64,000 nt of DNA, taken from the NCBI GenBank assembly GCA_014730175.1, contig WJIR01000314.1:92-64091 (forward strand). Reading direction: 5' to 3'. The notes under the pieces are model-generated. The model was given only the letters and a program-made list of their open reading frames with translations. It ran no database searches and had not been told where the DNA came from. The translations under genes were made by a program, and so were the position numbers. Of this stretch, positions 55,284-63,092 are shown piece by piece (positions within the stretch are counted from its first letter, which is position 1; each line of letters begins with the position of its first letter). This DNA comes from Candidatus Zixiibacteriota bacterium. Its GTDB lineage: Bacteria > Zixibacteria > MSB-5A5 > UM-FILTER-46-8.

Positions 55284-55763
55284 TTACTTCTCTGCTAATA
55301 AATTAGAAAACTCTACCTGTTCTGAATGCGGGGTGTCCTGACAATATATATCGGTGAGATTCCGCTTCAGCTTCATAATAAAATCAATTTCGTCATCACT
55401 GAGATATATATAAGGCAATAGCTTACGCCTGTTTTCGCGAGGATATATTCCCCCCAGATTAAGCGTTTTTATACTGCCCCCGGATTCGTAATAAACCTTT
55501 AGATCTTCCAGCGACGAGAACAATACCGCCACTCTCTCCGTCTCCGATTCACCGAGACTATTCTTGACCGCCTCCTCTGGAGTGATAATACTGGTCATTA
55601 TATCCCCCGGTACCGCATCGCAGTAAATCTGCCGGGATTCGGAATCGTTAGCGAATTTCTCAGATACGCCGATAACTCTCTTAGCGCTTATAAACGGCAG
55701 CCATCCATGTATGAACTGGGCATGAATAAATTTCTCGTCAACTCTGAAAAACACAGTTTTCAT
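55284..55763 (-). CDS. PTS EIIB component, mannose/fructose/sorbose family
   Basis: FFRVDEKFIHAQFIHGW…VIGVSEKFANDSESRQIYCDAVPGDIMTSII matches the EIIB-Man RIDDRLIHGQV… signature, including the phospho-His context. Confidence 0.7.
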   Translation of the reverse strand: MKTVFFRVDEKFIHAQFIHGWLPFISAKRVIGVSEKFANDSESRQIYCDAVPGDIMTSIITPEEAVKNSLGESETERVAVLFSSLEDLKVYYESGGSIKTLNLGGIYPRENRRKLLPYIYLSDDEIDFIMKLKRNLTDIYCQDTPHSEQVEFSNLLAEK

Positions 55764-56145
55764 TAGCTTCTACTCTCAATCCCGCGTTTCCCGGCATCTC
55801 TTACCAGACTTTCCAAATCATCTGCCGGGAACCTCTCCCTTTTAGTCAGAAAAGAAAGAAGCATCGGTAGATTGACGCCAGTAACAATTCTTACATTTTT
55901 GTTGCGTATCGCCAATAATTTAGCGGCTTTCCAGCAACTGGACCCGAATAAATCAATGAAGATAAAAATTGAGGCGCAGTCCTGATAATCTCTGAATATC
56001 TCCTGCAAACGTGCTTCGATCTCATCGGGACCCGCGTCGATATTGCTAATGGCGTAGAAGTGTTCCCGTTTACCGATCATCCCCTCTACGGCATCTTTCA
56101 ATGCTTCGCCCACCGCTCCATGAGCGAATATGATTCCCGGAATTA
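55763..56145 (-). CDS. PTS EIIA component, mannose family (conserved N-terminus extends upstream of the track's GTG; probable non-ATG start)
   Basis: The track ORF (55763..56113, GTG start) encodes GAVGEALKDAVEGMIGKREHFYAISNIDAGPDE…DLFGSSC… (EIIA-Man). The same frame upstream, with no ATG, GTG or TTG, reads …E-I-I-P-G-I-I-F-A-H-G, matching the conserved MIGIIIATHG N-terminus that holds the phosphorylated His. The only in-frame candidates after the hprK stop are ATA (56143-56145) and ATT (56140-56142). Confidence 0.6.
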
Positions 56146-56150
56146 TTTCG

Positions 56151-57131
56151 TTATTCGATGTCGGCCTCCAAATATCCGGTAGTGCGTTGTTTTCTTTCTA
56201 TTTCATCGGTAAGCCGGCGCGATAACTCAAGGGCAGGATTCTGTCCATATACCCTTAGCATGTGGTTCATAGCAATCACCTCGGATATGACTGTGATATT
56301 TTTGCCGGGAGATACCGGTATCTTTACCATGGGAACTTCAACTCCGAGGATCGAAGTAAACTTATCCTCGATCCCCAACCTTTCGTACTGAGCTTTCTCA
56401 TCCCATATCTCCAGTCTTACCAAAACCTCAATCCTCTTCTGCATCCGAATCGAACGGATTCCGAACAACCTCTCTATATTGATAATTCCGATTCCCCGCA
56501 CCTCCATATGATGTCCCAGCATCTCCGTACCGGAACCCATAATGAGAGTCGGGGATTTACGTCTGATTTGAACAATATCGTCAGCCACCAAACGGTGACC
56601 GCGTTCAACTAAGTCCAGCGCGCATTCGGACTTACCTATCCCTGACCGCCCCGTGTATAGCAATCCCACGCCATACACATCCACCAGCGTGCCATGAATC
56701 GATGTCCGCGGCGCGAAAACATAGTCCAGAAATGCCGAATACCTGTATGTGAATTCCAGAGTATTTAAACGAGTTCCCAATACCGCAGTGTTAGTCTCCA
56801 TTGCGGTCTCTATCAACTCCTTCGGAGGTAGATTTCCCTTGGTTATTATCAGCACCGGCACATTGAAGGAAAAAAGCTGTCTTAATACTGCCTTCAAACG
56901 CTCGGAGCTTAGGCTTTTCATGTAGGTATGCTCGGTTTCGCCCAGAATCTGAGACCGTTTATGAGCGAATCGTTCAGTAAATCCGGACAAAGCTAAGCCC
57001 GGTCGATGAACTTGATTGTTTACAATACTGTTGTCAAGTCCGCAACCGGGCGTAAATACCGTCAGTTCGAAATAATCCCGACGCTCATTAATTAGCTGTT
57101 CAACTGTTATAGAATCTGTCGAAGGATGCAT
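56151..57131 (-). CDS. hprK: HPr kinase/phosphorylase
   Basis: Has the Walker A box GVGLLYTGRSGIGKSECALDLVERGHRLVADD and the overall HprK layout. Confidence 0.9.
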   Translation of the reverse strand: MHPSTDSITVEQLINERRDYFELTVFTPGCGLDNSIVNNQVHRPGLALSGFTERFAHKRSQILGETEHTYMKSLSSERLKAVLRQLFSFNVPVLIITKGNLPPKELIETAMETNTAVLGTRLNTLEFTYRYSAFLDYVFAPRTSIHGTLVDVYGVGLLYTGRSGIGKSECALDLVERGHRLVADDIVQIRRKSPTLIMGSGTEMLGHHMEVRGIGIINIERLFGIRSIRMQKRIEVLVRLEIWDEKAQYERLGIEDKFTSILGVEVPMVKIPVSPGKNITVISEVIAMNHMLRVYGQNPALELSRRLTDEIERKQRTTGYLEADIE

Positions 57132-57494
57132 CTACTCCTTTTCCCGCTCATTGCCCAGTGGTAAGTCCCAGCTTTCCGCATTTTTTATGGTCTGACCATT
57201 ACGTGGTTTCTTATCCTGAATTTTATCTTTGTGCTTTTTCAGCCTTCCTTCCATCTTAGATACTGATTTCTCCACAGCATTATACATATCAAAGTCATTG
57301 GCGGTCGTATTCAAAAGTGCCCCATGGACTTTTACCGACAACTCGGCATTAACCCGGGATTTCTCCAATGTCAATACCAGATTCCCGTCCAGCATGTTAT
57401 TGAAATACTTCTCGAGTTTCGTAACTTCCTTATTGGCATACTGTTTCAAGTCTTCCGAAATATCAAAATGTCTCGCGGTTATTTTGAGTTGCAT
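57132..57494 (-). CDS. hpf: ribosome hibernation promoting factor (sigma-54 modulation protein family)
   Basis: MQLKITARHFDISEDLKQYANKEVTKLEKYF…VHGALLNTTANDFDMYNAVEKSVSKMEGRLKKHK is the HPF/RaiA signature. Confidence 0.85.
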   Translation of the reverse strand: MQLKITARHFDISEDLKQYANKEVTKLEKYFNNMLDGNLVLTLEKSRVNAELSVKVHGALLNTTANDFDMYNAVEKSVSKMEGRLKKHKDKIQDKKPRNGQTIKNAESWDLPLGNEREKE

Positions 57495-57716
57495 ATCGCC
57501 ACCATCCGATTTTTAGGGTTTTACATTTACCTTTTGCGATTTGGAATTGGTTATACATCACCCTCCATCAAATTAGGTTTATAGTTGTAACGATCAGGCA
57601 GATAAATCATTTATCATTTTAGAGTTAGATTGAAGACCTGTTTGTGAACCGTAGTTTCTTGAAAACTGATATACACCATAAAAATTCGGCAGCAAGCAGA
57701 CTGTTATCCTAAAGAT

Positions 57717-59204
57717 TTACCATACGGTTTCAGCCGGTTGGACTTCCTGCTTGTCTTTATCATCGGAATTCGATGCACTCTCCTTCATCGATTCTTTCTC
57801 CTTATCGGCGCGCTTCCTGAAACGGGCAGGCATGATCTTTAACTCTTCCCTATACTTACTAACTGTCCGGCGCGCTATTTTTATTCCTTTTTCGTCTAAA
57901 ATCTTCTTAATTTTTTGATCGGGCAATGGACGCTTGGAATCTTCTTCACTTATTATCTGAGCTATTAGTTGCTTGACATTCCTCTTCGAGAGTTCCTCGC
58001 CATCATCGGTTGATACGCCGGAATTGAAGAAATATTTAATCTCGAATACACCCATTGGAGTCTGAACGTATTTACCATTAGCTACACGAGACACCGTCGA
58101 TGTATCCACCTCGATCTCCTCGGCTATATCTTCCATTCTTAGAGGTTTGAGATGAGATTCGCCATGTTCAAAGAACTCCTTTTGAGCTTCTACTATCGCT
58201 CTCATTGTTTTAAGCATCGTGGAACGACGTTGATTTATGGCGGATAGAAACCAGCGTGCCTGATTCAGTTTCTCTTTTATATATTTCTGGGTTTCTTCGC
58301 CTTTTTTATCATCCTTTTTTAAATAATCGCGATAAGCGTTACTCACTTTTAACCTGGGCATATTCTTATCATTATAAATTATAACGAATTCATCATCTAT
58401 TCGTTCCACGATTAGGTCGGGGACAATAGCTACCGCAGGAGCGGAAAACCTCCCCATCGCTGGTTCAGGCGCTAATTGCTTTATATCTTCAAATGCCGCA
58501 TCTATTCTATCCTGCGGGACCTTTAATAATCGTGCCAATTGACTATGGCTTAATTTATCCAGCCGATCAAAATAATTCGCTACTATAATATAGGGAAGAG
58601 TTCCTACCATCTCCTTATTGTTCATCTGGATCAGTAACGATTCCTTCAGGTTCCGGGCTCCCACGCCAGGCGGATCGAAACCCTGTATTACGCTCAGCAC
58701 CCTCCAAACCTGCAATTCGTCCACCGAGAGGGCTTCTGCGATTTCATCCACATCGCAGGTCAAGAATCCGGCTTCATCGAGGTTACCGATAATAAAGCGC
58801 CCGATAAGTTTCTCATTATCATTGAGTTGAGCGTAAGATAGCTGGTCGTTTAGATGCTCGTACAGATTCTTTTCCGAAGCGGGGATTTGACTTTCGTAAT
58901 CTTCGCCTTCCTCATTATTACCCCGCCATTTCGGCGCATTAATCTCGTGATCCTCCCCAAAATACGTCTCCCAATCGATTTTATCCAGTTCCGGATCGGT
59001 GGATTCTTCTTCCTGTGAGGAATCAAGCTCAGCATCGGTTTCGTCAATATTGATCTCTTCCTCTAACATCGGATTTGCCGAAAGCTCCTGTCTAAGAATT
59101 TGCTCCAGTTTCAAAATCGGAACCTGCAGCATATTCAGAGACTGAATCATCTGCGGCGCCAGAGTTAACTGTTGCTTAAGTTGTTGACGCTGCGATAATT
59201 TCAT
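57717..59204 (-). CDS. rpoN: RNA polymerase sigma-54 factor
   Basis: Region I MKLSQRQQLKQQLTLAPQMIQSLNMLQVPILKLEQ, an acidic region II, and the C-terminal RpoN box ARRTVSKYRE. Confidence 0.9.
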   Translation of the reverse strand: MKLSQRQQLKQQLTLAPQMIQSLNMLQVPILKLEQILRQELSANPMLEEEINIDETDAELDSSQEEESTDPELDKIDWETYFGEDHEINAPKWRGNNEEGEDYESQIPASEKNLYEHLNDQLSYAQLNDNEKLIGRFIIGNLDEAGFLTCDVDEIAEALSVDELQVWRVLSVIQGFDPPGVGARNLKESLLIQMNNKEMVGTLPYIIVANYFDRLDKLSHSQLARLLKVPQDRIDAAFEDIKQLAPEPAMGRFSAPAVAIVPDLIVERIDDEFVIIYNDKNMPRLKVSNAYRDYLKKDDKKGEETQKYIKEKLNQARWFLSAINQRRSTMLKTMRAIVEAQKEFFEHGESHLKPLRMEDIAEEIEVDTSTVSRVANGKYVQTPMGVFEIKYFFNSGVSTDDGEELSKRNVKQLIAQIISEEDSKRPLPDQKIKKILDEKGIKIARRTVSKYREELKIMPARFRKRADKEKESMKESASNSDDKDKQEVQPAETVW

Positions 59205-59845
59205 CTCTCCCCCCTGATATGATAGAATTGTTGCTTAATAGAATTATCGGTAACAATTATTGTGTGATAATTGAGTGCTTCCGGTCTATCCCAAATTGTA
59301 TAATCGATGATCATTAATGTATTCAAATCCAATTGTGAGTTGCTTCTCCATTTGGTCCTATATATAATTTAGCAAAAATTAAGCAATTGTCAACAAAAAT
59401 ACATTTCTAATGCGCAATCTGGTAAATTACTTGCTTGTAGAATCCTAATCTACCGAGTTATTGATCGAAAACAGGGAATATCCGGTTCAAATCAGAAGAC
59501 GATTGTCGTTTCTCTTTTAATCTGCATAATTTACAAATAATTTGATTCGGAAGCTACAAATAAAGGAATTTATGAATAGTACAGGTTAGGTCATAAAATA
59601 TCAATTTAGTGCAATTAATTTTAATTCTCCTAAAAGCTATCAGACTCATCAAGCCGCTGCTTGGTCATATCGGTAACATGAATTACATTATCCGATTCAA
59701 TAGAAGTACAATCATTTTCTCCAAACCTGCTCATTGAGATTCCGTTTTTGAATAGATCATTTAGCATTGAACTGCCTTTAATTAAGAAAGTGCTTCGGCT
59801 TGTTTGTATCTTGACTATTCTCAATAGGATAGTTATCTTTATCTT

Positions 59846-60724
59846 ATGGCAAAACTAAGAGATTATGTCATCGCTTGCAGGCCAGCCCAATGGGTTAAAA
59901 ACGGTCTTGTGTTTGCTGGGTTGATTTTTGCAGTTAAGTTTACCAATCCAACGCTGGTTGCGCGAGCTATCGTTGCGTTTATAGCATTCAGCTTCTTATC
60001 AAGCGCTGTTTATTTATACAATGATATTCAGGATCGAGAGTTTGACCGGGCTCATCCCAAGAAAAAAAACCGTCCTATTGCAGCCGGAAGAATCCCTATA
60101 TGGAGCGCATACTTATTGTCATTTGTGTTGGCGGTACTTTCCCTTTCGGTTTGCTTCTATATTAACAATCCCCTGGGCATCATCGCCTTATCATATATGA
60201 TTATGAATATCCTTTATTCGCAATTCTTGAAACAGATTGTTATTCTGGATGTCATGATTATTGCCATCGGTTTTGTCCTGAGAGCTGTAGCCGGAGCTTA
60301 TGCGGTAAATGTCTCTATCTCGCCATGGTTGTTAATCAATACAATCCTGCTTGCGCTTTTTCTCGGATTCGGAAAAAGACGTTACGAAGTCGTACTTCTG
60401 GATGCAAATAAAACTAATCACCGTAAAATACTGGATCAATACAGTTTGCCATTTCTGGATCAGATGATATCGGTCACTACAGCATCGTCAGTTGTCATTT
60501 ATGCTATGTACACTATGTCCATCGATGCGAAGTTTGCGGCAAAGAATATGCATCTGGAACTAACGATTCCTTTTGTAGTATATGGAATATTCAGGTATCT
60601 TTATATAGTTTATCATAAAGCGGAGGGAGGATCTCCCACTGAAGCCTTGGTTGCCGATAGACCGATATTGGTAAATATCATCTTGTGGTTGGCTGCAGTT
60701 ATTTTAATCTTTATGTTATCATAA
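59846..60724 (+). CDS. UbiA-family prenyl-phosphate phosphoribosyltransferase-like protein (decaprenyl-phosphate 5-phosphoribosyltransferase / DPPR-synthase-like)
   Basis: Eight to nine TM helices and the motif YLYNDIQDREFDRAHPKKKNRPIAAGRI, which is the NDxxDxxxDRxHPxKxxRPIAxG variant characteristic of the Rv3806c-type subfamily of UbiA enzymes. Confidence 0.7.
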   Translation: MAKLRDYVIACRPAQWVKNGLVFAGLIFAVKFTNPTLVARAIVAFIAFSFLSSAVYLYNDIQDREFDRAHPKKKNRPIAAGRIPIWSAYLLSFVLAVLSLSVCFYINNPLGIIALSYMIMNILYSQFLKQIVILDVMIIAIGFVLRAVAGAYAVNVSISPWLLINTILLALFLGFGKRRYEVVLLDANKTNHRKILDQYSLPFLDQMISVTTASSVVIYAMYTMSIDAKFAAKNMHLELTIPFVVYGIFRYLYIVYHKAEGGSPTEALVADRPILVNIILWLAAVILIFMLS

Positions 60725-60734
60725 AAGGAAGAAA

Positions 60735-61814
60735 ATGAAGAAAGCTAAAGTAGCGGTTTTAAAAACAAAACCGGATTCAGTAATTGAGGATCATATAAAA
60801 CTCGGGAGGATGGCGGGGATTAGCGAATCTTTGGAAAAAGGTAAAACCACCATCCTCAAGGATAATATATCCTGGCATTTTCCTTTCCCGGGAGCAAATA
60901 CCACCCCATGGCAGTTGGAAGGCTGTATCAGGGCGCTGCAGGACGAAGGATACGCCGATCTGGTTGATGTCCATAATGATACCGTAGTGACCGATCCTTA
61001 TAAAGGCGAAAAGCTGAATAAATACGATGTCGTCTACAAGAAATATGATATACCGGTTAAGTATAATTTCAAGAAAGAGGATATCAGGTGGGAACGGTAT
61101 GAACCCGAAGGCGAGATGATCGCGCTGAAGGAAATATATCCTAAGGGAATTTATATACCGGAATTCTTCAGGGATAAGAACATCGTCCACCTGCCCACAG
61201 TGAAATCGCATATCTATACCACCATGACCGGCGCTATGAAAAACGCCTTCGGGGGATTGCTAAATACCCGCCGCCATTATACCCACAGCGTAATCCACGA
61301 AACATTGGTGGACTTACTGACAATCCAAAAGGAGATTCATAGCGGTTTATTCTGTTTCATGGATGGCACCACCGCCGCCTCCGGTCCCGGACCCCGCACC
61401 ATGACTCCGGTGCAAAAGGATGTGATTATGGCATCGGGCGATATGGTAGCGATCGATGCAGTATCGGCTAAAATCATGGGATTCGACCCGATGGAGATTA
61501 AATGTATCCGGCTTGCGCACGACAGGGGATTGGGGATCGGGAATTTCGATGAGATTGAAATCGTGGGCGAGGATGTATCCGATTGGAATTTCAATTTTAC
61601 GGTAGGCGATAATATGCCGTCATTGGTGGGAGACCTGCTCTGGTATTCGCCGCTGAAAGTACTGCAGAAGCTGTTTTTCCACACTCCTTTAGTATACATA
61701 TTTGTTTTCGCTTCGTTCTTTTATCACGATTATCTCTGGTATCCGATAAAAGGACGGCAGATAGTCAATGACTGGCTGAAAACCGAGTGGGGGCAGTTGT
61801 TCGAGAGGTATTAA
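60735..61814 (+). CDS. DUF362-domain protein (cytoplasmic paralog; no signal peptide or sorting domain)
   Basis: …ILKDNISWHFPFP…, …VKSHIYTTMTGAMKNAFGGLLNTRRHYTHSVIHETL…, …GFDPMEIKCIRLAHDRGLG… is the same conserved core as the two Tat/T9SS genes at 25935..28671. Confidence 0.55.
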   Translation: MKKAKVAVLKTKPDSVIEDHIKLGRMAGISESLEKGKTTILKDNISWHFPFPGANTTPWQLEGCIRALQDEGYADLVDVHNDTVVTDPYKGEKLNKYDVVYKKYDIPVKYNFKKEDIRWERYEPEGEMIALKEIYPKGIYIPEFFRDKNIVHLPTVKSHIYTTMTGAMKNAFGGLLNTRRHYTHSVIHETLVDLLTIQKEIHSGLFCFMDGTTAASGPGPRTMTPVQKDVIMASGDMVAIDAVSAKIMGFDPMEIKCIRLAHDRGLGIGNFDEIEIVGEDVSDWNFNFTVGDNMPSLVGDLLWYSPLKVLQKLFFHTPLVYIFVFASFFYHDYLWYPIKGRQIVNDWLKTEWGQLFERY

Positions 61815-61909
61815 AACCAAAGCCAAAGAATGCCCTAAAATGTTGATTATTGTACCCTAATAGGGTAGATTTGTACCGAAATTGGGTACAGATAAGAGGA
61901 TGACAATAA

Positions 61910-62266
61910 ATGATTCAAATTCTTTACATGATAGGCGCGATACTGCTCAATGTTTGTGGACATTCCTTCCTCAAAGCCGGGATGACGCGGGTGGGCCCTA
62001 TAACCGGAAGTTTTCTACATTATGCGTATAATGCGGTTACGACTCCGCTGGTTATATTGGGGCTGTTCAGCTATGTGGCATCGGTAAGTTTATATATGCT
62101 GGTACTCTCCAAAACCGACCTTTCTTTTGCATACCCGCTTTTGATGAGTATCGGGTACGTATTGATTGTGCTGGTTTCATTTTTAATATTCAAAGAGCCA
62201 TTTTCCGCATACAAATGGGTCGGAATCGTATTGATTTTAATCGGGGTGATATTGGTGGGGAGGTAA
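61910..62266 (+). CDS. small 4-TM SMR/EamA-like transporter (ArnE/ArnF-like flippase-subunit architecture)
   Basis: 118 aa with four hydrophobic helices and a small-multidrug-resistance-like fold (…FLKAGMTRVG…, …FAYPLLMSIGYVLIVLVSFLIFKE…). Confidence 0.45.
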   Translation: MIQILYMIGAILLNVCGHSFLKAGMTRVGPITGSFLHYAYNAVTTPLVILGLFSYVASVSLYMLVLSKTDLSFAYPLLMSIGYVLIVLVSFLIFKEPFSAYKWVGIVLILIGVILVGR

Positions 62267-62376
62267 TAAGCAAAATATTCACTAATTATTCATCATATAA
62301 TAATTCTCCACAGGAACACGAGGTAGTTTCCTGATTATAAACGTCAAACCAGAAGCCGCTGTGAATTAGTCTGATA

Positions 62377-62709
62377 ATGGTCAAGGATAAGAAAATACGA
62401 AATCTGATAGAATCGCTGGCGAAGAAGATTGTTGATGCTTATGATCCGCTTAAGATTATTTTGTTCGGATCATATTCCTACGGCAATCCCGACAAAGACA
62501 GCGATATCGATCTTCTAATCATTAAAGAGACTTCCGAAAGACCGATTGATAGGCGTGTGGCGGTTAGCAGTATAATTTCTGATCGTCAGCTTCGGACTCC
62601 TGTTGAGCCGATTGTTCTTACTCCGAACGAGTTAGAGAATAGAATGAGGATCGGTGACCAATTCGTACAGGAGATTTTGGATAAAGGGGATGTCCTGTAT
62701 GAAAAGTGA
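62377..62709 (+). CDS. nucleotidyltransferase-domain antitoxin (MNT-type) of a type II/VII toxin-antitoxin pair
   Basis: KIILFGSYSYGNPDKDSDIDLLII is the polymerase-beta-like nucleotidyltransferase GSx9-13Dx(D/E) motif. Confidence 0.75.
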   Translation: MVKDKKIRNLIESLAKKIVDAYDPLKIILFGSYSYGNPDKDSDIDLLIIKETSERPIDRRVAVSSIISDRQLRTPVEPIVLTPNELENRMRIGDQFVQEILDKGDVLYEK

Positions 62710-63091
62710 GGAATCCAGATATTTCGGTGACTGGTTCAGAATCGGCGCAAAGGAAATCGAGCGAGCCAAAAGATTATTGGAAGACGGCGATCTTGATGCA
62801 GCAGGATTTAATATACAGCAAGCGGTTGAGAAATATATAAAAGGTTACCTTCTGTCCAAAGGATGGGAGCTTCGTAGGATTCACAATCTTGATATACTTT
62901 TAAACGATGCCATGGATTACGAACCTTCGCTCGATGAATATCGTCAGGATTGCATTAAAATAACTCATTATTATGTCGAGGATCGATATCCCTTCACGGT
63001 AGCTTCCGAGTTAACTAAAGAGGAAATCAAGGAGTCGCTGCAAGTCGCTAAGAAGTTAATCAAGAAAATCGTCTCTTTAACTGAAGAATGA
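62654..63091 (+). CDS. HEPN-domain toxin partner of the upstream nucleotidyltransferase
   Basis: An alpha-helical protein with the R-x4-HN motif (ELRRIHNLDIL). The likely true start is the Met at about 62690-62699, overlapping the nucleotidyltransferase stop by a few nucleotides. Confidence 0.7.
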   Translation: MTNSYRRFWIKGMSCMKSEESRYFGDWFRIGAKEIERAKRLLEDGDLDAAGFNIQQAVEKYIKGYLLSKGWELRRIHNLDILLNDAMDYEPSLDEYRQDCIKITHYYVEDRYPFTVASELTKEEIKESLQVAKKLIKKIVSLTEE

Positions 63092-63092
63092 C

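Noticed and set aside
57495-57716. Searched for a sigma-54 (-24 GG / -12 GC) promoter between rpoN and hpf.
   Set aside because: No TGGCAC-N5-TTGC-like element with correct spacing on the coding strand, so there is no basis to annotate one.
59630-59824. A 64-aa minus-strand ORF in the rpoN/UbiA divergent region.
   Set aside because: No RBS, a low-complexity composition, and it lies in a probable promoter region; more likely noise than a gene.
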